From IMG/VR virus record IMGVR_UViG_3300046477_000491, positions 12,754 to 76,753 of that record: DNA of 64,000 nt; one strand, written 5' to 3'. Both the position numbers and the translations under genes were made by a program. The DNA is from a virus. Under the pieces are notes generated by a model that was not told the origin of the DNA, did not search any database, and saw only the letters and a program-made list of their open reading frames with translations. Below, one piece after another: positions 1 through 10,157 of this stretch (position 1 is the stretch's first letter; every line of letters begins with the position of its first letter).

Positions 1-236
1 GCTTCCTCATCGGCGCCGGTCAGTTCGCGGACGTCGGCGTCGTAGCGGACGGATGCGTAGTCGCCGCCCAGAACATAGCCTCCCGGCAGGCTGAAATTAC
101 CGCCTGCCGGGAGGGTGATCTCGGGCTTGGCGACCTGTCCCCCGTTGTCATTCAGAATCGCCGCGATGGCGGCATTCGATGCGCTCGGGTTGGCGAGGGG
201 GTTGGTGTACCCCTCGGTATTAAGGTCGGTAGCCAC
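1..236 (-). CDS. Partial (runs off the window edge) tail assembly chaperone / baseplate hub gp26-like protein
   Basis: Manual translation from GTG 236: MATDLNTEG...SLPGGY...VRELTGADEEA; lies directly downstream of the tail tube gene. Confidence 0.6.
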   Translation of the reverse strand, partial: MATDLNTEGYTNPLANPSASNAAIAAILNDNGGQVAKPEITLPAGGNFSLPGGYVLGGDYASVRYDADVRELTGADEE

Positions 237-272
237 TGGTGTTGCTCCTAGTCGAGTCTCGGGAATCCGCTA

Positions 273-824
273 TTAGAAACTAACGGAAGACGAGCCCGTG
301 CTGTTAGCCAACTTGAACTCGAAGCCCTCGTGGGCGAGGGTCATCTGCTGGACGACGATCGCATTGGCTCCGGCGTCGAGGTCGGAGAAGGCAACCGCCG
401 TCGGCCACGCGTTGTAGACGCGGAATGCGGCCTTGGCGGGAGTGTTGCCGGAAGTCACCGGGTGGTCGAGCACCTTGATGTCGACCATGTGCCGGAATTC
501 CTGTCCGGCCTTTCCGTTGCCGGTGCCCTGGATGACGGTGAACAACTGGCGCATCCAGTCCATCATCTGGCTGTCGCCGACCGCGAGGCCCTTGGACAGC
601 GTGATCGGGGCAAAGTCGGACTGACCGGGCATCTTCTGAGTTGTCGTGTTCATTCCACCCTCACGGTATGGAATGACCTCAGTCGTGACGTTCAAGCCCG
701 AAAGGGACATGAAGCCCATGCGGGCGAAGCCCTTGATGCCCGGGTGCTGGATCTGGACCTGGAACTTGAAGTTGCGCAACGGGTCCGTTGCGATGTGCCC
801 CACGGTCGAAGTGGTCGTAGCCAT
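273..824 (-). CDS. Contractile tail tube protein (T4 gp19-like)
   Basis: DPLRNFKF, YREGG, KMPGQSDFAPITL, NAWP and LAHEG motifs; follows the sheath gene. Confidence 0.92.
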   Translation of the reverse strand: MATTTSTVGHIATDPLRNFKFQVQIQHPGIKGFARMGFMSLSGLNVTTEVIPYREGGMNTTTQKMPGQSDFAPITLSKGLAVGDSQMMDWMRQLFTVIQGTGNGKAGQEFRHMVDIKVLDHPVTSGNTPAKAAFRVYNAWPTAVAFSDLDAGANAIVVQQMTLAHEGFEFKLANSTGSSSVSF

Positions 825-838
825 CAGTCAGTTACCTC

Positions 839-2383
839 TCAGGAAGTGGCCGTCGAGTCGGTCGCGGAGGACCCACCCGAGTACTGGCCGATTTCGATGA
901 CGATGAATTCGGCCGGTGTCTGGACCGCCACACCGACGGAGATGTTCACGACACCGTTGGCCACGGAGGCGGCGGTGTTGTTCGAGGAGTCGCAGGTGAC
1001 GAAGTACGCCTGCTCCGGCGTGGTACCGGCCAGCACACCCGTCTGCATCAGGGTGAGCAGGTACTGCGTGATGACCGCGTTGATCTGGTCCCACAGGATC
1101 GAGTCGTTGGGCTCGAAGACGGCGAAGCGGGTCGCGTCGAGGATGCCCTTCTTGATCAGCATCAGCGACCGGCGGATGGAGACGTACCGGTCCGGCATGC
1201 CCGTCGACAGCGTCCGGGCGCCGTAGATGACAAAGCCCGTGCCCGGCAGCGACTTGATCACGTTGACGCCCGCGACGTTCAGAGCGTCCTGGTCGTCGTT
1301 GGAGAACCGGAACTCCGTGTCCAGCACGCCCTTGAGGACGGTGTCGATACCGGCCGGAGGCTTCTGCACACCGCGCGAGGCGTCGGTACGCGCGTACTGG
1401 CCCAGCACCGCGCCGCCAGGCGGCAGCAGACGGGCCGAACCGGACGCGGCGGTCGCCGGGTCGTTGACGATCAGCCACGGCCCGTAGACGGCCGCGTACG
1501 AGGACGCGCTCAGCGCCGAGCCACCCGTGGACATGTTCTGGAGCGAGAGCGCGTAGGAGTGAGCGTTGTCGGCCGAGGTCGACTTCACGCCGTCCACGAC
1601 GACGAACACGCTGCCCTGGTCCTCGGCCCACGCAATGACCGGGTTCAGGACGGTCGCGTCGGTGACGCCCGGCAGGTTGAGGACGAGGTTCGCATCGACG
1701 ACCTCCAGCCGCTGCGCAGCGGACGCCAGGTCCACCGCAGCGACACCGTCCGAACCGCCGGTCAGGGCGACACCGGACTGTATGGCCGGGGCGTGGGTCG
1801 GCACCCACGCGGTATTAAGCAGGCTCTGGACCTGGACGAAGGACGAGCCGGTGACCGGGGAGTTGATCAGCGCCTGGGCGTTGCGGGAGTCGGCCGGGTC
1901 CAGGGAGACATCGGTGAACCGCTCCTTGAGGAAGGCCGACGTCTCACCGCCCACGTACACGAACAGGTCGAAGCGGCCACCGCCGGACGAGGCCGCCGTG
2001 ACGTCCACGTACACCTGGTTGCCCCAGGAGCCCGGAGAGATCGCGGTGATCTTCAGGGTCGGCTCGGGAGTCACCTCAGTGTCGTCGAGGGAGACATGGG
2101 CTGCGACCGCGTCGGAGGCAGCAGCGCGCACGACGTAGGCCGCGTTGCCGCCGTTGTTGAAGTACTGGTAGACGCTGAACGGCAGGTACTCGCTCGTGTC
2201 GCCGAACCCGCCGAAGGTGGCCACATACTGCGACCAGGACGACACCAGCGTGGGGGCCAGCGGGCCGCCCTGCTTGTTCGTGCCGACGAAGGCCGCGACG
2301 GACTCGCCCGGCGTGTTTACGGTCTGGCTGAGCGGGGTCAACGTCTCCGAAATGTAGACGCCAGGCCGCTTGTAGACAGTCAT
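839..2383 (-). CDS. Tail sheath protein
   Basis: YKRPGVYISE N-terminus; YFNNGG, KPPAG, YGARTL, RYVSIRR, FEPND and PAEFIVI sheath motifs. Confidence 0.95.
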   Translation of the reverse strand: MTVYKRPGVYISETLTPLSQTVNTPGESVAAFVGTNKQGGPLAPTLVSSWSQYVATFGGFGDTSEYLPFSVYQYFNNGGNAAYVVRAAASDAVAAHVSLDDTEVTPEPTLKITAISPGSWGNQVYVDVTAASSGGGRFDLFVYVGGETSAFLKERFTDVSLDPADSRNAQALINSPVTGSSFVQVQSLLNTAWVPTHAPAIQSGVALTGGSDGVAAVDLASAAQRLEVVDANLVLNLPGVTDATVLNPVIAWAEDQGSVFVVVDGVKSTSADNAHSYALSLQNMSTGGSALSASSYAAVYGPWLIVNDPATAASGSARLLPPGGAVLGQYARTDASRGVQKPPAGIDTVLKGVLDTEFRFSNDDQDALNVAGVNVIKSLPGTGFVIYGARTLSTGMPDRYVSIRRSLMLIKKGILDATRFAVFEPNDSILWDQINAVITQYLLTLMQTGVLAGTTPEQAYFVTCDSSNNTAASVANGVVNISVGVAVQTPAEFIVIEIGQYSGGSSATDSTATS

Positions 2384-2436
2384 CTGTTTCTCCTGGGTAA
2401 AGGGGAATTCCTGGGGTTACGAATCCTGGGTCCGGA

Positions 2437-3072
2437 TCATGTGCGGATTGCGTGGTCCGTGGAGTACTCGAAGTCCAGCGCCACACTGGTCGCCTTGATG
2501 TATGCGTCGGCGACGGACGGAAGCATTTCGCTGGAGACAGAGATGAGGTATTCGCGACGGAACAGACGCTTACCGTTCTCGTCACGGGTGTCGGCCAGCT
2601 CAGGGCCGCCGAGAAGATCCAGGCGCCGTACCGTTCCGTCCTCCGGAATTTCCAGGAACCCGAAACGCGCCGGGAGCCGGTCGCGCTGCATCATCGAAGA
2701 CGCCAGCGCGATGTCGTGCTCCGCGAGACGGGTGAAGACCATGACGCGGTACCGCAGGTCGAACGGGATCGGGAACTCGACGAGGTACGGGGACTTCGTG
2801 ACGTCGTAGGAGGTGTCTCCCTCCGCCCACCAGCCGGTCGTCCCCTCGGGGGCGTAGGGCAGGTAGACGGGGCCACGGTGCTCCCGCTCTTCGGCCTTCT
2901 CGATACCCGCGTGCTCGATGACCACCAGGGGGAAGGTCTGCTTGGCCAGCTCCGTCTCGGGAATTCGGTAACGCACCGGAACGGGTCGGCCGTCCGGTGC
3001 ATTCGCGTCAGTGACAGAGAGACCCTGGAGTTTCGCCTTAACGGCGCGGTCCTCGTTGATGAGCCATGGCAA
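2437..3072 (-). CDS. Tail terminator / neck protein
   Basis: Directly upstream of the sheath gene; start placed at TTG (PWLINED). Confidence 0.55.
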   Translation of the reverse strand: MPWLINEDRAVKAKLQGLSVTDANAPDGRPVPVRYRIPETELAKQTFPLVVIEHAGIEKAEEREHRGPVYLPYAPEGTTGWWAEGDTSYDVTKSPYLVEFPIPFDLRYRVMVFTRLAEHDIALASSMMQRDRLPARFGFLEIPEDGTVRRLDLLGGPELADTRDENGKRLFRREYLISVSSEMLPSVADAYIKATSVALDFEYSTDHAIRT

Positions 3073-3147
3073 AGCGGGCCTCACGGGTCTCGAATAGCAG
3101 AAGTCTTCCGCCATTCAGGATCCCAAGAAAGCCGGGAAAGTTTATAG

Positions 3148-3666
3148 TCAGACGGCCTGGGACCAGTGCGCGAACTGCACATCGTTGACCAGCTCGTCCG
3201 GCTTCATCTGCACGCACTCGATACTGACGATGACGTCCCGGTTCTGAATCTGCCCCAGAACAGCAATCGACGTGACCCGGAAAACCGAGGAGTCGTAGAC
3301 GAGACGGTCCACCAGGTATTTGCCGTGGTCGATGTCCTGGTCGGTGAACCCCATCTTCCGCAGGCTGTCGAACGAACAGGTGAGGGAGATGTTGTCGACC
3401 GTGTACAGACCCTGCGGGGTGTCCTGCGCCGCGCCCTGGCTGTGGATGACGTGCAGCGCCGGGATCCGGTACGGGCCGATGAACGTCTTGCCCTGCCCCG
3501 TCGCCTCGTCGTACAGGTCCTCCCCGGCCGGATCCGTGTGGGAGTACCGGTAGTACTGGACCATCTCGCCGGTCTCGTGCTGGCGCCCCCGCAGCGACGC
3601 CATCATCTCGGTGGTCTCGTAGTTGGCGTTGAACCGCCCCGACCGCTTCCAGTCCAGGCGGCCCAT
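3148..3666 (-). CDS. Head-closure / neck protein
   Basis: Synteny between adaptor and terminator; DLYDE and DRLVYD..VFRV segments. Confidence 0.5.
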   Translation of the reverse strand: MGRLDWKRSGRFNANYETTEMMASLRGRQHETGEMVQYYRYSHTDPAGEDLYDEATGQGKTFIGPYRIPALHVIHSQGAAQDTPQGLYTVDNISLTCSFDSLRKMGFTDQDIDHGKYLVDRLVYDSSVFRVTSIAVLGQIQNRDVIVSIECVQMKPDELVNDVQFAHWSQAV

Positions 3667-4475
3667 CAGAAGTACCCGCCCCACGTCTGCGAGGGGATCC
3701 CGGAGTCGTCGTCGTTCTGGTGGCCCGGCCCGATCGGCGGGAGGATCCGCGTGGGCAGGGAGTAGTCGTCGTACTCGCGCTCACGGAAGATCGGCACGAG
3801 ACGGTTGGTCGTACGGGAGACGCGGCGCAGGTTGGTGACCTCGATCGCGTACAGGCCCACGCCCATCTTCTCGCACAGCATCTTGTACCGGTCGGTGAGC
3901 ATTTCGATCTGCTTCTGGATCTGCGCGAAACGCTGGCCCCGGTCGACCGAAGTACCGTCGGCGGTCTGGACGTTGATGTCCGTTGCCGCGTCGGTGGCCA
4001 GCGCCCACATCGCCTCGGTGCATGCCAGCATGACGATCATGACGTCCTCCTCCGGCGGGAGGTTCGCGAAGTCGACGGGCTCCTCGGCGTAGCGGATGAA
4101 GCCGTTGTCGTCGCGGTACCGGGCGGAGATCGTCCGGCCCCGGTTGTGCTGGGCGAACGCGTCGTTCAGGTAGACGTCCAGCTCGTCGTCGGCGAACAGG
4201 CTGTAGGACTGCCCGGAGGCGAGCAGCAGCGCGTCCAGCGGGAGCGGGGCGTTCAGGGTGAGGATGCCGTTCAGTGCGTCCAGGACGTAGTCGCTGCTCG
4301 TCAGGACGGTCTGTGTGGTGCCGACGACCTGGACGGCCTCCAGGCCCGTGACGTTGTTCGCGCTCAGTTCGTACTCGGCGACGTCCCCGGTGCCCCGGAT
4401 GGTGTCGCGGAACGGCGTGAGCCGGTCGCCCAGCTCGCTCCTCACCCGCGACCGCAGGTCTTCAAGCGTGGCCAT
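3666..4475 (-). CDS. Head-to-tail adaptor
   Basis: MATLEDLRSRVRSELGD start and FADDEL..YL motif; neck position. Confidence 0.6.
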   Translation of the reverse strand: MATLEDLRSRVRSELGDRLTPFRDTIRGTGDVAEYELSANNVTGLEAVQVVGTTQTVLTSSDYVLDALNGILTLNAPLPLDALLLASGQSYSLFADDELDVYLNDAFAQHNRGRTISARYRDDNGFIRYAEEPVDFANLPPEEDVMIVMLACTEAMWALATDAATDINVQTADGTSVDRGQRFAQIQKQIEMLTDRYKMLCEKMGVGLYAIEVTNLRRVSRTTNRLVPIFREREYDDYSLPTRILPPIGPGHQNDDDSGIPSQTWGGYF

Positions 4476-4488
4476 TCCGCGACTCCGA

Positions 4489-4908
4489 TCAGGTATTAAG
4501 GGTCAGCGCGCCAGCGGCGATCTGAAGGGACTCGTTCGTCGCCGCCTGGAGCGGGCTGTCGATCGGCCACGCGTAGATGACGGTGCCGGTCGTGCCGGAC
4601 GCAGAGGTGACCAGCGCCGCGAAGGAGGCAGCGTCGGTCATGTCGGCGGTGAACGGGCCGTAGAACAGCAGCGCGTTGTTGGCCGTGGTCATCGGTGCGC
4701 CGGACGGCGCGGTCCAGACGACCTGCTGACGGGCGTAGCCGGGCGTGGAGACCTCCGGCAGCGCGGTCATGCTGTAGGTGCCGTCCTCCTGCGTCGGGTC
4801 GTCGATCAGCAGGGCCAGGTAGGTCGTACGCGGCGCGGCCAGAGCGATGGCCCGGCCGGTGAGCATGTCCAGGGCGTTACCGGCCCAGACGGGATTGGTA
4901 CCGGGCAT
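4489..4908 (-). CDS. Virion structural protein
   Basis: YLALL..DP and EVSTPGYARQ pattern of small beta-rich virion proteins; ends in LNT-stop. Confidence 0.55.
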   Translation of the reverse strand: MPGTNPVWAGNALDMLTGRAIALAAPRTTYLALLIDDPTQEDGTYSMTALPEVSTPGYARQQVVWTAPSGAPMTTANNALLFYGPFTADMTDAASFAALVTSASGTTGTVIYAWPIDSPLQAATNESLQIAAGALTLNT

Positions 4909-5204
4909 CAGGCATCCGCCTTCTTGAACAGCCGCACGAAGTCGGACAGGTGGATGGAGAAGTGCCGGACCGCCTTGCCGGGCGCGTGGCCGCCGTCGTC
5001 GGTGATGACGTGGGTGTCGTAGTCGTGCGCGAGCAGGACCGAGTCCTCGCCAGCGTGGCCGACACCAGCGGTGCCAGCCGGGTGCACGTCGACCACCACG
5101 ACCTCGGAGCCGGTGGGAAGGTGTCCCAGCCCGGCTCCGTGGCCTTCGGCGTTCTCCAGCACGTACGCCTCACCCGGGGCCGGGGAGGGAGTGGGAGTAG
5201 TCAT
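4908..5204 (-). CDS. Hypothetical protein
   Basis: Coupled ORF in the capsid operon with an RBS. Confidence 0.6.
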   Translation of the reverse strand: MTTPTPSPAPGEAYVLENAEGHGAGLGHLPTGSEVVVVDVHPAGTAGVGHAGEDSVLLAHDYDTHVITDDGGHAPGKAVRHFSIHLSDFVRLFKKADA

Positions 5205-5226
5205 GTGAGGGGGTCTCCTTGGACCG

Positions 5227-5601
5227 TCAGTGCCAGACGTAGCCGAGGCCGTCGAGGTGGTCGTACAGATCCTTCGGCGCCTTGTAGCGCTGGCCCTCGA
5301 CGAAGTCGTAGTGCTGGCCGTGGCCGTAGGTCATGTTCTCGATGGATGTGTTCACCCGGAACTCGCGGTGCGGGATCTCCACCTGGACGGCCTCGGCGAC
5401 CTCGATGACGGTCTCGACGACCGGCTCCGGGGTCTTCGGCTTGGCCTCGACGACGGTGTCCGACTTCTCGGCAGCCGCCGCCTCGTTGATGAGCGAGATC
5501 TCCCGCTCGCGGGCCGCCAGTTCGTCGGCGTGCTCCTTGGTGAGGGCGGCCTTGTTACGGCCGGTCAGGTCACCGGGACGGGCAACATTACGTGCAGGCA
5601 T
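5227..5601 (-). CDS. Hypothetical capsid-operon protein
   Basis: ORF immediately after the major capsid gene; codon bias fits. Confidence 0.7.
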   Translation of the reverse strand: MPARNVARPGDLTGRNKAALTKEHADELAAREREISLINEAAAAEKSDTVVEAKPKTPEPVVETVIEVAEAVQVEIPHREFRVNTSIENMTYGHGQHYDFVEGQRYKAPKDLYDHLDGLGYVWH

Positions 5602-5751
5602 TTGTTTCTCCGGGTTCGGGACTCAGGTGTGTGAGGCGGTACTACTTTAACGAGGAAGGGGAGCGGTCCTGGTAATCCCAGAATCCGCTCCCCTAACCAT
5701 CAGGATCGCGTGGCCGCGAATACCAACTAAGCCATCAGACAGGCTGAGAAA

Positions 5752-6738
5752 TTAGTTGGTTTCCGCGACGAGAACGGCCTGGTCCGTGATCAAGCCGAGG
5801 CCCCAGATGGCGTACCAGGCGAGCGCGTGCTCTCGTCCGAAGTCGAGGATGCCGCCGTCGCGCAATTCGACCGGGAGGGAGATCGCGTGGCCGAACGCAT
5901 TGTCGCCCAGGAAGATGGACTGGTAGACCGTCTTCCCACTCGCATTCGTGATCTGCTTGACCTGCGTGGTCTCGATGAACACGGTGTCTGCGATGCGGCC
6001 GATCTCACCCAGGAGGAAATTCCCCGGGGCGGCGTACTTGGTGACCTCGATGAATTCGGGATCATCGCGCAACTTACGCGACTGGTGCGGGTGGATGAAG
6101 CACACGTAGGTCTCGCCGAGACGCGGGACATTCTTCGTGGCCAACGTCTCGACGGCGTCCTTGACGAGCGCCGTGGTGAAGTCGAAGGTGCCGTCGAGGC
6201 CGTCCGTGGAAGTCGCGGCGGTGCCGTGGGTGTACACGCCGAGATTCGTCATCGGAGTGGTCGCGGCGTACTTGTTGTAACCCCAGATCTTCGAGGTCGC
6301 CTGAAGCAGGGTGTCCCTCGCGGACTGGTCGAGGTAGAGAGCCATGTTGCGTCCGAGCAGGCGCGATGCACTCGCCATGACGTCGTCGAACGAGGCGTTC
6401 AACAGCAACTCGGAAACCGCGACGGCGTAGCCGTGCTCAGCCACGGTAATGCTGAACTGAGAGGCCGAGAGGGCGTTGGTCTGCATGCGCACACCTTCGA
6501 CCAACTGCGATGCAGCGCCGAGGTTGTTGTAACGCATGAAGTTGATCGTCAGACCGGGCTGAACGCCGAGTTCGGTCTTCTTGACGGCGAACTGCTCGAA
6601 ACGCAGAATCGGCATGGACTGGAACAAGATTTCCTTGCTCCAGATGGTCTGGATGGCCGCACCGAGAGTGCTGTTGGCGCCCGAGTAGTTCGTCGGCGAA
6701 CCCGACAGATTCGGGGTACCAGTGATCGCGCTAGGCAT
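5752..6738 (-). CDS. Major capsid protein, N4-gp56 family
   Basis: WSKEILFQSMPILRFEQFA, YVCFIHPHQ, GEIGR and DFGREH motifs. Confidence 0.9.
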   Translation of the reverse strand: MPSAITGTPNLSGSPTNYSGANSTLGAAIQTIWSKEILFQSMPILRFEQFAVKKTELGVQPGLTINFMRYNNLGAASQLVEGVRMQTNALSASQFSITVAEHGYAVAVSELLLNASFDDVMASASRLLGRNMALYLDQSARDTLLQATSKIWGYNKYAATTPMTNLGVYTHGTAATSTDGLDGTFDFTTALVKDAVETLATKNVPRLGETYVCFIHPHQSRKLRDDPEFIEVTKYAAPGNFLLGEIGRIADTVFIETTQVKQITNASGKTVYQSIFLGDNAFGHAISLPVELRDGGILDFGREHALAWYAIWGLGLITDQAVLVAETN

Positions 6739-6773
6739 ACTTGGATTTCCTTAGTTACGGGTACTCGACCGAA

Positions 6774-7634
6774 TTACGAGTACAGTCCACGCTGGTTCTG
6801 GGCTGCCTGTCCGACGCCCAACTGGCCCCGAATCTTGGCGTACTCCGACATCGGCATGTCACGGAGGTCAGAAAGGGAGTACGACTTAGTGCCCGGATCG
6901 GTGTCCATCGGTCCCGTGGTGGAATAGCCCGTGGGGCTCACACCACGCATGGAAGCACGCTGCTGAATTGCTGCCTGCTGAACCGATTCCAGAATAGCCT
7001 GGGTCTTCGCCTTGACTGTAGCGATGGAAGCCTCGACCTCTTCCGGCGAATTACCGCCGACGAAGTCGAGAAGTTCGGGAGCGATCTCGTTGGTCTCTTC
7101 ACCGACGCGACGCTGAATGTAGGTCTGGAGGTTGTTGAACTCCTGCTCCTTGGCGAACAGGGTGCGCTCCTGCTCACGCTCGCGCTCGATCTGCTCGAAG
7201 CGGGTGTTCCACTCCTGCTCCTTGACCGACAGGAGGTCCTTGACGGACAGTTCCTCCTCCGCCTGGCGCTTCGCCTGGGCCTGAGCCTCCTGGCGCTTGC
7301 GCTCCTCCTCGGCCTGGGCCTCCTCGCGCGCCTTGCGCTGGGACTCGATCTCGTCCAGGAACTTCTTGTTCTGCTCCTCGACGGTCTGAAGGCGCTTGTA
7401 CAACTTGTCCTTCTCCTCAGACCGCGCCCGCTGGATGTCCTCGGCGGTGAACCGCGCCTCGGCCGGAGGGGTGGCAGGGGTCTCGACGACAGCGGCCGGG
7501 ACGACGACAACGGGGTCGCCACCCTCGCCGGGCTGCGGAGCGCCACCTGCGATGGCGTGGATCGGACGGCCGTCCTTGCGGTACCCGAGAATCACGTCGG
7601 CGGGCACCGAGATGCCCGAGGTATTAAGCGTCAT
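6774..7634 (-). CDS. Capsid scaffolding protein
   Basis: E/K/Q-rich coiled coil between portal and capsid genes; C-terminal MPMSEYAKIR. Confidence 0.8.
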   Translation of the reverse strand: MTLNTSGISVPADVILGYRKDGRPIHAIAGGAPQPGEGGDPVVVVPAAVVETPATPPAEARFTAEDIQRARSEEKDKLYKRLQTVEEQNKKFLDEIESQRKAREEAQAEEERKRQEAQAQAKRQAEEELSVKDLLSVKEQEWNTRFEQIEREREQERTLFAKEQEFNNLQTYIQRRVGEETNEIAPELLDFVGGNSPEEVEASIATVKAKTQAILESVQQAAIQQRASMRGVSPTGYSTTGPMDTDPGTKSYSLSDLRDMPMSEYAKIRGQLGVGQAAQNQRGLYS

Positions 7635-7646
7635 GGGGACGAACTC

Positions 7647-9368
7647 CTAGTCGGTACTTTTGTCCGGGTCGCGGCGAAGCCCAGCACGCGGGCCGTACGC
7701 CTGTGTCACGATTTCGTTAGTCATCTTCTGAATCTCAGGCGCAGTGATGTTGCCGAGTTCGACACCACCGGGAAGCGTCACCGGATTCGGACCACCAGGC
7801 TGCGGGCCGACGGGGTTTCCATCTGCATCAGTCTGGGGTGCAGGCGCCTCCGCCCCTTCAGGCGGCATTCCCGTCAACTGGAGAATACTCGAATCGATCT
7901 GCGCCTTTAGCATTCGCAGAGCGCCCTGCTGCTTGGCGTCCTCGATCTGCTCCTCGAATATCTCGCGGACCTTCTCGTCCGGGAACTCCTCGCCCAAATC
8001 GTGGAGGGCTCCGCGCATGGACTCAAGGCCCATCGACATCTTCGCCTGGATCTCGTTCAACTTGATGAGGGTGTCGACCGGGAGAGGGGCAGGCCATTCA
8101 CACTCGGTGAAGTAGGCCATCGGGTCGAGAACATCCACCATCGGCGGCTGATCGTCCTTCATGATTCCCTCGGTGGAGGGGTCGTACAGCCGGGATTCCG
8201 GCTCGAAGGTGAACAGCGTCTTGAGGATGAGTTCGTTGACCTTCTGGAGGCCGACGGAGTACTGCATCTTCTTCTGGTCGTAGCGGGACATCATCGGCCG
8301 GTACATGATCGCGAGGGCGACACCGGACGTATTCGACGCGGGCTGCATTTGACCGAGCGCCGTTTCCGGAACGCCCGTGATCTCATGCATGGAACGCTTG
8401 ATCATCTCAAGGTACTGAAGCGGCCCGGCGAGATCCACGCCATTCTCCAGGTTATACACTTGGGCTTCCTTGGGAAGTCCGCCCCACACCTTGCGTGGGC
8501 CCTTCTCAAGGTTGCTCGCTTTCGCGCCGCTGATGATCGTTACGGGGGCTGCGTGGTAATTGATGATGTCGCTGATATCCGTCGCCTTCTCGTTGTACTC
8601 ACGGTTCAGCGAGATGATGTCGGCGATGTCCGACAGACCCCACGGAGAACCAGAGACCTGAGCATTGGCGATGTGCACGACCGGAATGGTCCCGAGAGGG
8701 TTCGGCCGGGAGTCGATCAACTCGTCATTCAGGTACTCCTCGATCGAGTCGTCCGTCAGGACCTCGACATAGGTGTACACCGAACGCGTCCCGTCTTCAC
8801 CCGTCGCCCAGAAGCGGTACTTCAGTTTGAATCGGATCAGACGGTCCCGGTCGTGGGGGTGCCACTCCGGGAAGCAGAAGGAAGCGTTCAGGGGAAGGAT
8901 GCGTACGCGGCCTGGGTGTAGTTGTCCCGTGCTGTCTTCGAATGCAGGCTCATACGCGACCTTGACGAAGGAGTCCCCGGAGATGCCGCCCTGCTGGCCC
9001 ATCTCCCACAGCAACTGCTCCTTGCGGTTGTCGACCTCCCAGGCCCTCTTCAAAAGGCCCGGGATGATGTGCTCGTACTGCTTGACGCTCTTGAAGTGAA
9101 CGCCCCTGCCGAATGTGAAATTGTTAATGTAGTCGGCGAACGCCTTCACGTAGTTGAACGTGATCTGAGCCTCGCCCGCTTCTCTCCGGTAACCCCAGTG
9201 ATGACCCAGGTAGTATGCAAAGTTCTGGCTATACCGGTTCAAGCGAGGCCCGTGCACCTCAAACTCCTCATCGGCCAGTTCGACAAGGCCGAGAGGAGAG
9301 ATCGACACCGTAAGGTCCGACCCCGAAGCCCGCATGCTGGGGCTCGCGAATGAGATTGCACCGCTCAT
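7647..9368 (-). CDS. Portal protein (SPP1 gp6-like)
   Basis: NPLGTIPVVHIAN, WGLSDIADIISLN and SNTSGVAL motifs. Confidence 0.9.
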   Translation of the reverse strand: MSGAISFASPSMRASGSDLTVSISPLGLVELADEEFEVHGPRLNRYSQNFAYYLGHHWGYRREAGEAQITFNYVKAFADYINNFTFGRGVHFKSVKQYEHIIPGLLKRAWEVDNRKEQLLWEMGQQGGISGDSFVKVAYEPAFEDSTGQLHPGRVRILPLNASFCFPEWHPHDRDRLIRFKLKYRFWATGEDGTRSVYTYVEVLTDDSIEEYLNDELIDSRPNPLGTIPVVHIANAQVSGSPWGLSDIADIISLNREYNEKATDISDIINYHAAPVTIISGAKASNLEKGPRKVWGGLPKEAQVYNLENGVDLAGPLQYLEMIKRSMHEITGVPETALGQMQPASNTSGVALAIMYRPMMSRYDQKKMQYSVGLQKVNELILKTLFTFEPESRLYDPSTEGIMKDDQPPMVDVLDPMAYFTECEWPAPLPVDTLIKLNEIQAKMSMGLESMRGALHDLGEEFPDEKVREIFEEQIEDAKQQGALRMLKAQIDSSILQLTGMPPEGAEAPAPQTDADGNPVGPQPGGPNPVTLPGGVELGNITAPEIQKMTNEIVTQAYGPRAGLRRDPDKSTD

Positions 9369-9386
9369 GGGTAAACGACTCCGACT

Positions 9387-9680
9387 TTAGATCTCGACGA
9401 CGCGCGTGGGCGCGAGGGAACGTGCAGACTTCTTCGCTGCACGGCGGCTCTCGAAAGGCTCCTCACCGCGCTGCACGACATTGCCGTTCGGCAGAACCTC
9501 GTGCAGGAAGTACTGGCGGCTCTTGGAGCCGTCCTCGGTCTCTACGGGAATGCCCCGCACCAGATAGCGTTCGTCGATCAGGTGCTTCCCAACCGTGTCC
9601 CCCTTTGACAGGGGCAGCTTGGGAAGCACCTCATCGACGGACGCCTTCGGTGCCCTGCGGCGGTCATGGAACGCAACCAT
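9387..9680 (-). CDS. Hypothetical protein
   Basis: ORF in the packaging operon. Confidence 0.6.
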   Translation of the reverse strand: MVAFHDRRRAPKASVDEVLPKLPLSKGDTVGKHLIDERYLVRGIPVETEDGSKSRQYFLHEVLPNGNVVQRGEEPFESRRAAKKSARSLAPTRVVEI

Positions 9681-9683
9681 GGA

Positions 9684-10085
9684 TCAGTCGTCCACTACCG
9701 CCGGGGAAAGCCGCTCGTAGCGGCTGCCGTTACGCACGACCTCCTCGTAGGAGACGGCCGCGTAGTCGGAGAACGAACCGTGCGAGAACTCCCCGAGATA
9801 CGTCGGGGCCTCGACCCACGCGGCAGAGCCGACGTGAACCCGCTCCGCCATGGTCTCCTCGGGGAACTTCTCGTAGACGTTCGCGTTGTGATTCGGCCGA
9901 CCAGGCGCCGTGAGGTAGCCCTGCATGACGCCCTTGGTGAATTCATTCGGGACGTCCGTGTCAGTGGCCACGCCCTCCTCAAATCGAAGAGGACCGCGCC
10001 GGGCGCCGTTGTTGGCGACCTTGCGCTCGTAGACCGTGCCGACGCGCTCCTGGAACTGCGGGTCGGGTGCGAGATTTCCTGCCAT
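9684..10085 (-). CDS. Hypothetical (possibly virion) protein
   Basis: Good RBS and codon bias; lies between the fibre and portal genes. Confidence 0.7.
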   Translation of the reverse strand: MAGNLAPDPQFQERVGTVYERKVANNGARRGPLRFEEGVATDTDVPNEFTKGVMQGYLTAPGRPNHNANVYEKFPEETMAERVHVGSAAWVEAPTYLGEFSHGSFSDYAAVSYEEVVRNGSRYERLSPAVVDD

Positions 10086-10157
10086 TCCGTAATCCTCTTC
10101 CGATAGCGAAGGAACGCTTCAAGCGTAGGAGGATTACGGACGGCATTGTTAATACCG

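Noticed and set aside
273-3072. Extracellular contractile injection system or tailocin
   Set aside because: Capsid, scaffold, portal and terminase genes are contiguous, so this is a phage virion module.
10148-10156. GTTAATACC as another copy of the 9-mer
   Set aside because: It has one mismatch, is intergenic and is opposite to local transcription; not counted, though it is a possible exception to the orientation rule.
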